Shown here: positions 25,101 through 38,400 of the stretch, in pieces
How positions within the stretch are numbered: position 1 is the first letter of the stretch
Layout of the letters: each line of letters opens with the position of its first letter
Assembly (NCBI RefSeq): GCF_003704095.1
Contig: NW_020846553.1
Span: forward strand, 372,001-436,000
From: Pocillopora damicornis
Lineage: Eukaryota
DNA: 64,000 bases
Reading direction: 5' to 3'
Notes under the pieces: generated by a model
Database searches by the model: none
What the model was told of the DNA's origin: nothing
Seen by the model: only the letters and a program-made list of their open reading frames with translations
Translations under genes and position numbers: made by a program

Positions 25101-28100
25101 ATGATTTATTATTCAGTGATTACTGATTTTATCAATAATTTTTTTTATTTTTGGCGCTTAGCATGTGACTGTCCAAAAGGAGATCCTTTGTGGGTTCCTC
25201 CCATTCTCGCTCAACAGTGCAAAGAAGATGGAGAGTGTTACTGCCCAAGTTACAACGGTAAAACGCACTCTAAGACAGAGAGAGGCTGCGTAGAGTCAAG
25301 TAAGCAAGACATTTTATCTAACCTACATTATAGTTTTCCAGATGTCTCCCCCTCTAGTAGTTATTTGAAGGATTCCTTATGTTAAAATCACACGCAAATT
25401 TTGCTCCTTAGATGTAAATAGGTCCACATCAGTTTCGATCCTACCAAGCTTAACTATGGCCAGAAGCACATACCTAATGCTCAACTTATGCTCAATGATC
25501 TTGCTTAGAGCCGTTTGCAGCCAATAAAAATCACGAGAAACCCTCATATTTATATACTCCAATTATCTATTATATATATATATTTTTTGAACAAAATCAT
25601 TGCTAATTTTATTTTGCCTTCGCCCACGAAGTTGCGAGGCCTCAGTCCTAATCTAAATTATTCAAAGTCTTCAGTTCTTTGTGCAAAATTAACTTATGGT
25701 ACGGGAGCAGAGAAAAGTAATGTTTTTTCCCTATAGTCTATCAACCGTTTTCGACGGTAAACGTCTTCTCCACGTTCTGTCTCGGGTTCTGCAAGTAAAA
25801 GATAATAAACACAATACAAGGAATTTGACTCACACGTATTATTTTTTTTACCTTGATATCATTTGTTCCGCGAAGCTCAAAAACCTTCTCTATTCTCGGA
25901 ACAGATTAAGTTCTCGGACAAATTTCCCAACATTACCATTGCTCGAGGCAATGTTTTATAACAAAACTAGTCGTTCATGTTGCTCAATCTCATAGGCCAC
26001 TTTTTTTAACTTATCCAGGACAGGATCCCTGCGATAGTAATCCGTGTCAAAATGGCGGTGTGTGTTCTGCTGACCCTGACAATTTGTCCTTCACTTGTCA
26101 ATGTCCTGAGCCATGCACGGGAGATCGCTGTCAAAATTGTAACAGTAAGTCTGTTTTTAGCCCATTAGTTAATGTTAGAATTTGTTTTTGGCTGTTCCTT
26201 TCAGTCGCCATTACGCGGTTTTCCATTCCGTCGATATTCAACTACTGTTATTTAATGTAAACAAACAAACAAACAAACAAAACACTCACAAACAAAAAAA
26301 CAAAACAAAACAAAACAAAGAAGAAGAAAGGCAACAGACTCAAGAATGCTCCCTAAATATTTAACTGCATTTTAGTCCGTGAATTACTAATCCTTTTGTG
26401 TTACTGTGTTTTCGGTTTGGTTTTGTTTTGGTACTATGTTTTCTTTTGTTTGTTTGTTTTTTCTGTTTCGATTGCTTGTTTGGTTTAAAGAATGATTCCT
26501 TCCTTTTATGTCAACAAGTTGACGAGATTTGTACTCCTGGATATTGCAAGAACAGTGGAACCTGTATAGTTGTGGGAACGAAGCCTTTCTGCAAGTGTCC
26601 TCCAAGTTACCTTCCCCCTCTATGCCTGATGCATGTTAACACAACAGGTAAAGGTTTTCTAGATCTTTTACAACTGGTTTGTTTCATTTTATTTGTCTAA
26701 TCATCTTTTTAAAAATGTTTCGCTCCAGAGTTTTCACGTCCTACTGCAGATTTTCTGTAAATCATCTACTCGCCTAATCTGCTGGATCTAGCAAGAGGAA
26801 AGCCAATGGGTCAAATACGGCTTTAAAAGGTTGCCCATTCGTTGCCCACCTTCTCCCCTCTTCCCCTCGCCTTAAACCTTAAATCGTTCAACAGAAAACC
26901 TCGTGTACTACTTATCTTTTCATTGTGAGACAGAAAAATAGATGTAACATAAGTCGTATGACTTAGTATATATTTGTTGCTTAATGTTTTACTGTTTTAT
27001 CAAACTGATCAGATAACCGAAGTCTTTGTCATCCCAACCCATGCCAAAATGGTGGAAAATGCAGGCAAGTGAGACCGAACAGCCTTGAATGTAGCTGCTC
27101 CAAGCAGTACCATGGAAGATACTGTGAGCGTAAGTAAGCAATAAATACTCTACGTTTATGAAGCCAAGAACACTTAAATTTACTGCACAAAGTTTATACT
27201 ACTTAAATTTGTGCAAAAAAAACAAAACAAAAATCTCTCGATCCATTTAATAAAAACATGTTCAATGAACCTAGGTGCATGTGAAGGCTGTTATAGAGAT
27301 AAGAGTTTTTACGAATTTTTGGATATGCAGTGCAATTGAAAAATTGACCAAAAATCTAGTTTTTTTTAAATCTTTAGTGAAGCTGAAAAGTTCAATAACA
27401 CTCGTGATTTAAATGGTATGGTAGAGGATGTTCTAAATGGTTTGATTTGGCTTTTTTATACCCCTCCCCTTACCCAACACCAACCTATTTTTTTGGGTTG
27501 GGGCAGGAGTAGGTTTGTAATTGCTCAGATACTGACATTGATGCTTTACTCTTTTCTTGCTTTAGGTGACAAGTGCATGGATTGTGATGTCCATGCCATA
27601 TGCTACAATGGCCGTTGTAAATGCAGACCGGGCTACAAAGGAAGTGGATTTCATGGAGATTGTAAACCAGGTAAAGTAATACCAAATTATTATTTTTAAA
27701 TGATCCTTTTTGATGTGAAACCCACACCATGAACATCTAGAGTATGAATGGAGTGTTCATCGCGTTCTAACAAATTGGTTACAAGAGAATTCTCTCTAAT
27801 GGGTACTTTGTTTACCTCCAACACAAAGCATTTCAGAAAATAATCTCTGGTGTTCAAGATTTCTAGAGTTTCACTGTAAAATAAGCTGTATTTTTAACCC
27901 TTAGTTATCAACCTGTAAGCGTGTTATTTACAATTAGCTCCCTGTCGTTAAAGACACAACACAATCAAAATGTGCACATATATATATATATCTCTAGATT
28001 CTTCCTACAAATGTTGCCTGAAGACTTTAATCAGTGCAATATCTACAAAAAATCCTACTGAGATTGAAGAACTAATGTGATAGAGTTTAACTCTGATCAT

Positions 28101-28382
28101 ATCAGAAATCATCTCAGAGCATTAATTTAACTTAAGAGCTGCCATAAGTGATGTCCGAGATACAATGAGCGAAAAAAATTTATAAGTAACTGTTAGTGGT
28201 CAAAATTAGCGTTAAGGTTCTTTATCCACTCATTAAAAAAAAGGCATTGTTGCATTTTAAGTTTATTTTATTGTTTTCAGTGTCTTTCTGTAACACCTGT
28301 CCGCTAAACGCCGTCTGTGTTGGCGGAGAATGCGCTTGTATCGCGGGATTTTACTTTATTGATAACACTTGTCAGAAAATAG
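16432..28382 (+). CDS. Secreted multi-EGF-repeat protein with His/Pro/Val-rich N-terminus (EGF-A); final exon and stop not resolved
   Basis: Exon 1 16432-17011 (MFSIHYLLVLITLVFSC signal peptide; ends SVLHVDVYHP). Then 17 phase-1 single-module exons at about 17372-17464, 17693-17803, 18114-18224, 18457-18567, 18768-18878, 19057-19176, 19298-19450, 19605-19700, 19866-19982, 23788-23904, 24290-24405, 25162-25299, 26019-26144, 26519-26647, 27013-27129, 27566-27670, 28281-28382, mostly CxPNPCxNGGxC...CxC...C. Confidence 0.9.
20341..20490. repeat. Degenerate (ATT/ATC)n low-complexity tract
   Basis: Run of attattatcattatt-type triplets. Confidence 0.85.
24540..24578. repeat. (AT)n microsatellite
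   Basis: tatatattatataaatatatatatatatatatata. Confidence 0.85.
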
Positions 28383-29493
28383 GTGAGTCGATGTATGTTT
28401 TTTGTAATTATCTAAATTGATTCAGTCATTTTGTTATATATCTCTCGTTCATTTGCTTATTTATTCATTTTTTCATTTTCCTGCTCTAGTTGGATACTAA
28501 TTCAGTTTGGTAACGTATGCATGACTGAAGCAGTTGCTGAGGACAAGGACTTCGAAAGCACGCACATTAGGTCGAATCAGATCCGAATAGTTATCCAGCC
28601 CAACCCTTTCCTAAAATCCTAATTCTTATTCTGATTCTCACGATTTGAAGGGTGTGACATCCTTCAAAATTTTAGGATTAATGAATCGACTTCTTCCAAT
28701 GTTAATTAGAGATACGTGTAATTTACGTTTTTGATGTTTCCAAAAACAGTTCCTTGCGTGCACTTCGCACTTAGCACACGGCTTTATTGTCTTTATAAAG
28801 CAACATAGCTATTTACAATAAACTAAACATAAAGCTATCACTACTCAAGGTTACGTTACAATTTATAATTTAATTAGATACTTGAAATCAAGTAAATATT
28901 AATTTTATGCCACATGCTGCATACAAAGAAAAAAAAAAGATGCCGCCATGGAAGCCAAACCTGGTCCAAGTTATCGGTAATGTGGCCCGTGTGTATGCCA
29001 TTAGATTAGCTACAAATGATTTTTTTTCTCTCTCTTTTTCTGTTTTTTCTTTGTTTGTTTGTTTCAATGGATTTGCTTATTTTTTGAAATAATATATTAC
29101 AGTTAAGTTTCGTCATCATAACTGCGTCATGTTAGTAATCTCTGAGGTTTCAAACATTCAATAGAATAATTTCCAAAACTGAATACGTTATGAAGCGTCT
29201 CTAACGCCCGCTATCTGCAATTGGAAAGAATGGGACAAAAAAATTGATTAGTATAAAAAGAAGTCAAGCCCCAGTCAGTTGAAAGGAACCAACTTCCTAT
29301 TGGTTCAGAGAAATGGGGTAATGAATTTCGTATGCCCATGTAAACGAAATGAAATAGTAATGATAGGATTATTTTGTCAAGAGCCAGAATATTTTGCCAA
29401 GTAGGAAAACTAAAGTTTTCCCGAAGAAAAAAACACGAGTGCATAAACTCGAGCCATTAAACGATAAAGAAAAAACACTGTATACGATGCAAC

Positions 29494-32400
29494 TCAAAGT
29501 AGCATGGATATTCCAGTGGCATGAATATTGCCTTTACCTTGACAAATGAACCCTGGAATACAAACACAGACTCCCTGGGCACAATGATGATGAACAGGAC
29601 AGATGCCACATTCTTTTTCCTTATCTGCTTATGTAATACAAGACAACAAAATCAGTATTAGCCTGATAAGTTGTCAACAACTGTCGCATATTTAAAAGTA
29701 TCATTGATATTAGATTCTTTACTAAACTCTATCTGAAATAAAGTACTTGAAACTGCAACTCGATCGTTACAGGTAAACTGACCTTTCTCGCAAACGTATC
29801 CAGTTCCAACGTATCCTTCTCTACATCGACAACGTCCATATACACATTCTGCCTCCTCGTGACAATTAGCGCACTTGTCAACTGAGCAAGAGTAATAATT
29901 TTCATGAACAATTGTCTTTGGGCATAGCCTTCAGACATAGGCAGCCTTAAAATTCACATCATTTTTTTCAGCAACCATCAATTGCCATATTTTGGAGAGT
30001 AAAAAAATTGAAGAACTCTCCTCCCTTTAAATCTCGGTTGCACATTTTTCCTTGATCTGAGAGATCAATCGGGACCTATTCATATTTCAAAAAGTGGCTA
30101 TTACCTCCACAATGTGGTCCTGTGTACTGTGGTGTGCAGATACAATCGTATCCATTTGGACGCTCTACACAAGTGCCTCCATGTAGGCAAGTGACATTTA
30201 TACAACGCTTTTCTGTTGGTGTCACTGGGGCTGTAAATGCAAAAGAGACGCAGAATCTCTCACTGTAAGGTATTATTTTTATTTGCCCTACGTTAAATAG
30301 CATAAGGGGAGTGGAATGGACATTCTCTCCTAATCTATAATTGGCAAATGTGACTCAATTAATTAATTAGTGTATAATACCAATTTCATGGCTGGAATGC
30401 AGTTCAATCCGTACGTACATGTGTATTTATATATGGAGATATATTTAATCGACCACTTCCCCAATAGGGCTTTTTAGGGCCTAAACGAACGAGGGAATAA
30501 ATGAGGAAATAAATGGATGAATGAATGTATACACAGTGTTTAAAAATCCCAAAAGACAGTGGGCAGACCAGTTGACTATATACATGCAAGGTGCAGCCAA
30601 GGTGTTAAACTCGGGGCAACTGGAAGAAAATCCAGCGAGCAGTTGTGTAGAGGACTGAAACCCGGGACCACTAGATCACAAGCCAACTGCCCTCGCCACT
30701 CAGCCACATTGCGCACACAAGGCAGTGTAGGCACGTAAGGAAAAAGGAATATTACAACAATTAGGTTTTTTTTATCACCGCTGAGTTAAGGGTATTGTTT
30801 GCAATCCTTAAAAACTCACGTCATCTAAATGTGAGCTACTTCAATTCATTTCGATGGCTAAACATTTACTAAGAGAAATATCTCTGTTGCGACTGGAAGT
30901 TGACTTTTTGTTTAGTTTTTATTTATTTTTTATTTTGTTTGCACGAATTGTGTCCCATTGCATTAGTGACTTTTATGTCACGTGATTTACGCGACCTCGT
31001 GGTCGAAAAATGTAAAAATGAATGGTTCTATTCTGGAAAACAGTCGTTAATTTTTTGGTTGAAACGATTTATACGACAATCTCCCTGCATATTCTGTTTG
31101 GATTAACAACTGAAAGCTTAAATATTAAATGACTAACATACTTGAACAGTCAGGACCTTGGTAACCAGGGGGACAAGTACATTGGTATTGTTTTGTTGCA
31201 ATGTCAACACAGGTAGCACCATTCTTACACGGTTGCTCACATATACAGGAAGTGCCTAGAGGAAAAGATTGAGTATACGTCTGAGTTGATAATGTAGGGT
31301 CACTCTATTGACGCAGCTTCGAAGTGATTTCAATGAGACGTTATTATTTATCAAGAAAGATATGAAATATGACTTGAAACCCTCTTTGCTAGCCGTATAT
31401 ATCTCATTGGTATAAAATAATCGCGTTAACCTAGGCCAAATAACTATTTGTCGTAGCCTGCTAAAAACATGAAGATCATTGCTGTTGGTAACAGTAGGAC
31501 TTACATTCACAGAAAGTTCCGTAATATGGAGGAGGGCATTCACATATGAATCCATATAAAGTATTCACGCATGTTCCTCCGTTCTTGCATGGTTCACTAA
31601 AGCAAAGGCTTTGGCCTGAATTTCAAGAACAAAAGCTTTCAGTAAGTCTTGTTTCTTGTTTGTTTTTTTTTTTAATCTTTATGCATACACGTATATATTT
31701 GTATTTACGATATTTAGACAAGCTGGCCCAGTTCGGCTCCAAGCTAGTTTAAATGGTGACCCGCATAAAAAATTGATAAGGCCAGAATAGTGAGTGAATA
31801 TCCACCAATTCCATCTACACTTCGGTGAATCATTATTTCAGTGTATAACACACAGAAACCCAAAAAAGTCAGTTTATTTCAGTCAGTATACCGAAAAAAT
31901 GGTTGAGAATGAAATTACGCGCGATTTTGTTTCTTCGGATGCTTGGAGGTAAATATTAATTGCTAAACTTGCAATTACATTTAGGATTTACTACGTAGAT
32001 ACCATACTAACAAAATTTTTCTTTCTCATTCTTGCTACTCATCACATACTCGTTTACTTACTATTCAAAATATTGACTGCGCAATCATAATTGCAACTCT
32101 TCGCCTATCAATTTACAATCACTCACGTTCTTAACAAAGCCTACAAATTTTGCAGAGTTCTGCCGAGGAATCTCGCACAATCTATGATGTTATGCACATC
32201 AAAGCTTTACTTTACCAAGTAACCCAAAGTAACGATTGCGCAGACATGATTTTGTTTGCTAAATTTAAAGGATTAAAACTTAACATTCTTGTAACCTACG
32301 GTCAAGAACGCAGCCGCCGTCCGTAAATGTGACTTTAGGAACACCAGAAACAAGTGGACAAAAACATTCCCCAATTGCGTCGCATTCAGAGTCAATTACC

Positions 32401-35400
32401 TCTTTCCCATCTGGTCGTGGTTTGGCCTTAGGGCAGTCGCAGTCTGTAAGAAAGAACATTTATTAAACAATCAAACACAGACTGCTGTCTATATGTCATT
32501 TCTTTTTTTAGTTTTGTTTCGTACAATTGACTTGGTAAAATAGAGAATCCTTAGGGAATCAATGATGGAAGTCATCTCAACCTAGGGTTGAGCCAATATA
32601 GAACCAGGAAGTACAGTCATGGAATTTTCTTATCCGAACCCACTTGAAATCGGATGATAAGAAGTTGTTGTATAGCAAGGTAGCCCTGAGGTAAATCCGA
32701 GCGTTCTGATTGGTTCATACTTTGTTTGGATTTTGCCATACGGACCGTTTCCACGAAAACGGTCATAAGCCCTGTATTTATTTTCTCGAAAGACGGTAAA
32801 TTCAAAATAAACAGGTTTGGTCTGGGTGCCTTATAATAAACTACTAACCTCACTTGTGCGAGCCGTTCAGGCGAGTGTTAGCCCTCGTCCGTTTTTGAAC
32901 GGACCTCGCTGCGCTCGGTCCGTACTGCCATGCGTTCGGGCCAATATTCCCCAGTATGGCCCTAGCGCTCGGTCAGTAGGAAGGTATTATTTTTTATTAA
33001 CTTTGGATCATTATGCAATTCCTAGGCGTGTTGCACGTACTCCGTAGCGTAAGGTGCTCTAATAAATTTTATGATATGCAGTATGCGCCGAAGTGGTCAT
33101 GAAAAGGAAAGTGCTGCATTATTTCTGGTATTACGGTGTTAATTTTCTTGATCATTTCTTTACGCGTGTGCTTGAAGAAATAATGACAAAACCTTACTCA
33201 CTGGCGCAATCCTTTCCAGAGAATTTACCAACGCAGTCGCAAATGTAGTCATCTTTCTCTGGCAAAGACCTACACGTACCACCATTTTTGCAAGGATTTG
33301 GAATACATCGATTAACAGCGGTCTCTGAAAAGAAGCAAGCTAACGTTATACCGAGCTTTGTTAAATCAACAGGAGAAGTCAGCTTAAGAGATATACCTAT
33401 TAATTCACTAACTAATATATAATATCCCAAAATGGAACGCTCGTTGATTTCCAAAAATAAACCCCAACATAAGCAACTAAAACTTTCAGTCACATTTTTC
33501 AATAAGCACCCACGGTTACGAGAAGAAAATGAATTGATTCTATGGATTTAAGCTCCACAAATTGCACACGAGCATTCATACTCTTCTAGGTGGGGTGCCT
33601 GGAGTAAATGACTTTGCAAATAGATAGACGAGAGGTACACTTTAGTTCATAGCATAAATTTCCCGAGTCATTGAATATCATTTCTACTTACCATTACAGT
33701 CAGGTTGAACGTAAGGCGGTTTGCAAATACAGATACGTTCCTCACCCTTTGGGATACATTCTCCTCCATTAAAGCATGGCCGTAACAAACATGGTTCACA
33801 AATATCTGTTGAAAAGTAAATCTCTTTTTAAACCCAATGCCTTCCCTGGATCAATATCAGTATCTGGGCAACTACCCACCTACCCCTCCCTAACCCAACA
33901 ACAGTCAATTGATGACAAGTTAGGGTTAATGTTGGGTTAGGGGAGGGGTAGATGGGCAGTTTCCCAGATATTGATTCCCTTTCCTCTAGAATATATTAAT
34001 TTGCACCTATCCTATTCATACAAATTGAGTAGTTAAGCAATAGAACATTTCCAAAGTGATGGACGAAGGTAAAAGACATCCGGTATTTAATTGCACAGGG
34101 AAAGTAAGCGAACACCAAACAAAGGATCCTTTATATACCAATAAAGAGGTTCGTCATAACTCCCTTATTTTTTTTCGTCGATTTCAATTATATTTTTGTC
34201 TTTATAAAGTTCAGTTGAAGGAATTTTGATTGCCAAGTAAACGTGCTACAACTTAGCCGTATATAATGACCGGGATCAGCGAAGCAGCATCCTATCTAAA
34301 TATTTTTTATTAAAATGACTTCTTGAAATGTCGCGAAACGACTTTTTCACGAAACAAATGTAAACTGCCTCAAAGAGGTACCAACAATTCAAGGAACCAT
34401 GATTAATTTGCCACTTCTCGAGTTTAGACTTGACTTGAATACTTCTTGTCTTATTTCTCTCTTCAAGAAAAATTAAGGTACCTTTGCAATGAAGACCACA
34501 ATATCCTGGGACACATTCACAGTCGTAACTGCCGTCCTGTCGTTCAGAGCACGTTCCCTGATTAAGGCAGGGATTGGGATGACACCTATTTGTTGGCTCT
34601 GCAAGAAATTTAACATAGTTATCGTTATCTATCAAATCATTTACTCGAATCTCACAATTTACAATTGTGACTGGAAAGTTCCATAATGGTGTGAACCGTG
34701 GGTTCTGGGCAATGATTGAAGGATAGTACACGTAATTAAAAATAAACCCATTCTGATTCCATTTTATGAAATGGAAGGAAATTACTGGGTCACCTCAGCT
34801 ATTTTTTTCACTTTCTCCATTTTCCATTTCAAAATGTTTTCGTGTTTGCTTTAGCTTGAGGTATTTTCCAATGTAGAATAAAGCGCGCGAAATATGTAGT
34901 ATGCACTGCCATGACAGAAATAAGCTGACCCAGGCCCTCGCGACTGCCGAACCAAATACACCTTGTCAGTTTACTACATGCGAAGATAGCTTTTTCCACG
35001 CCGCACTTACTTTTACAATAATTTCCGTTTCCAACGTAGCCACGCTTGCAAACACAATGATGGTCAATACATTCAGCCAAACGATGACACAACGAACAAA
35101 CATCAGCTGAAACGATAATTTGAGTGATTTTAGAACAAAAAAAAATTATCAATCATTTTCAAGTCGCTCACAGAATGTTTTTCTTTTATAGACATGATCT
35201 ATTGGATTCATCTCTATCTTCATCTTTTTTTAATTGAAAGAGAATGCTCACTCTTTTTTTTTTAATGGGACCGTGGCGACTTCGAAACTGATATTTAGTC
35301 AAAATGCTCTCCTTGTAACTCGTAAAAAGACTGAAAGAAAAAACAAATGGATAAAAGCAAAGGATAAAAGAAGAATGAAGATGGATTTTTTTTGTTTTTT

Positions 35401-38400
35401 TCAATTTCTCAACTGCAATCACCACGAAATTTTCAGAAATATAACAAAAGGGGATTCTCTAACCAACAAGAATCTCATTATCAAAGGTTTCGAGTTGGCA
35501 ACGCTCTAGAACGGGTCGACATGATTATTACAAGTACCGCAGTGAATGAATTAACTTTCTGTGAACTTACTTTCGCACCTGGATCCCTTAAAACCAGGAG
35601 GACACTGGCAATGGAAGTGCAAGTGTGTCCAAGGGAGCGCTACGTCATAGACAGGTTGCTCCTCGTTTTCCTCTTTGGAAGTGAAGGCATCCACGCAAGT
35701 CCCACCGTTTAGGCAAGGTTGACGAATGCACGGATGAGGAACTTAAGATAGCAGGTGGTAAATAGAGCACTTCATTAAAATATTGTTAGACGAAAAACCT
35801 GAAAATGCTTTGATACGTAGTGATAACAGGCGGTGATAACAGGCGTTGAACAGAGCACTTCACTCAAATGTTGTTAAACGAATAACCTAAAATGCTTTAA
35901 TACAGAGTGCTATCTTTTTCTTATTATCTATACTTACTATGACAAATATGCCCTCGATACCATTCCGGACATGTGCAGCGATAATTCCATCTCTTGTTCC
36001 TGGACCCCGATGAATGGTCTACTACTTTGCAAGTGCCTTTGTGCAGGCATGGATTTGGTCGACACACGTGATCTTAGGAAGAAAGGATGTGTTTCAAATT
36101 AGCATGTTTTTTCCTTTGAGATATAAGGTATAGTATATGATTACTGTAACAGAAAAAATTCTTACCAATGCAGTATTTTCCTACGTATCCATTTGGACAA
36201 AGACAAGGGGCCAAAGGATTTTCTACGCATATCCCTCCATTATGACAAGGATTCATGAAGCAGATATATCTCTCTGAGAAACAAATAATACAAGATCGAT
36301 ACTGATGAATTTCTAAGGCAGGAAAGCAGCAGAGAACCAAGTGATAAAGTTGTTGACTGCAAGCCAAGGTAGACAAATCAAAAGTGCATAATTAAAACAC
36401 ATCGAAGTGTTTCACAGTGGGTAAAAATGGCATTTGACCGCTTTACGGCTTGCACAGATTGAACTGGACATGCACAGCGACCATACGCTTCTTTTAAATA
36501 TCTCTTAAGTCCACGCGGCCGTGAACTCCAATGCCGTCGATACAATAGGCATACAAACGCCTAAAATCCTTTGGAAATTTTATTAACCTCGTTTATATTA
36601 AACGAACTGACCGTTCTGGTTGATGAGATTGCTTCAAAGAATATCTAAAATAAACTAAAAACATGTTTCTTGAGCTGTCCATGTCTGGTAGTTTGCTTCA
36701 ATTTAGGTTTAATCTTTATCCCGTAATGAATAAGCTAAAAAACGCCATTTTGCAATATTTAGCTATCACTTAGCTACAGTTACGCGTTCATAGCGCTCAC
36801 TTACCATGACAGTAAGTTCCATGATATTGCGGTTGACACAGACAGCGTGGGGAACCATTTATGGTTTCACAGCTTGCGCCATGTTGGCAAGGGTTAGGCC
36901 AACAAGCATCAGTATCTATTCCGATAAAACATTGTCTAAATTTGAGAATTTATCATATTCATTCAGCTTTCATAGACTTAAAACTAAGCTTTTCTTCAAC
37001 GGTTTACTTTTCAAAAAGAAGCTTGCCTGAGAATGTTTGATTTCAGCCAAACATAATTTTGTTTGACTCATCCAGAGAAATTTATTGGCGTCCAGCTAAA
37101 ATGGTGTGCGACCTCGTTTGTATCTAATAGAATGCTTTGCACATTAAACGGAAGGAACCGATTGAAATCTTTATAATTGGAATATCTTGCACCCAATCCA
37201 TCATCAATGCGTGCTAACAAAATATGTGGTTACCAACGAATTCAAACATTCTTCTAGTTTGTCCAGACGTGTATCTTCAACTAAATTTCAAATGAAACCC
37301 CCACAAAAATCTACTGTGAATGGTCAAGGTTTTTCCTCTTACCTTTACAGCTATCCCCCTTGTAACCGTCTTGACACACGCATTTATAGCCTTGAAGAGT
37401 CTCAACGCATGTACCTCCATGTTCACAAGGGTTAGGGGAGCAAAAGGCTCTGTCTGAAACAATTGCCATATTGTGAGGAATCAACAAAAACCTCATTTGG
37501 GTTGAAAACAAAACGCAAGAATTTGTATATAACACATTAAACATTGCCATTATTCTCATTAATTAATTGATTCTTACCTTCACAGTCATTGCCTGTGAAA
37601 CCAGCAAGGCATGTGCATTTATAACCATTGCTAATCTCTAAGCACTTTCCTCCATTCTTGCATGGTTCAGAAAAACAGTGCTGTTGTACTTAAGAAAATG
37701 AATAAAATCAGAATCAAGACATTATTAAATAACAAAAAGTTACAGCTTGAAACAATGTTGGTCTAGGTCAGAGTGTTAATCAGCCATTAAACGCAATGTC
37801 AAGTAATATGGTCAATAATATTTTCTTAAGATTCACACCTACACGAGAACTCAAACAGTTATCACGGTACTTGAATTAAGTATTTGCCTGTTTGACTTAG
37901 TGTGTCTTTTGGTGAGTTAACGATACGAAAGTTACTGACTCTCTCCTTGACTGCACGAAAGTGTCAACGATTCACAGTTCTAATTTCACTACGCCAATGT
38001 CCAACTTGTTAGAATTGATTATCTCTAAACATGCCGTCCTTCTTTTTAGGGAAAACCTACTTTCACAAGTGGATCCAACGTACTGAGGTGGGCAAATACA
38101 GCGATAATTTCCTGATTCTTCTCCCGAAAGTACTCCGCCATTTTTGCAAGGATTTTCTGAAAAGATAACAAGCTATACATGATCGCGTTTAAAGAATTTT
38201 TGGAATGGTTAGGTGCATTTGAAACTTTGCAAGACAAAAAGGTTGAATAATCATCCACGAGATTTATTCTATGAACCAGTTGTTTAACAAAACAATGGGA
38301 TATTGAATGAAAGAGATTGCACTTACTCAATCAAAAAGCATACAAAATACATGTTTGAAATACGAGAGCCTGATTCAATCTCATCTGACTCTGAACCGGT

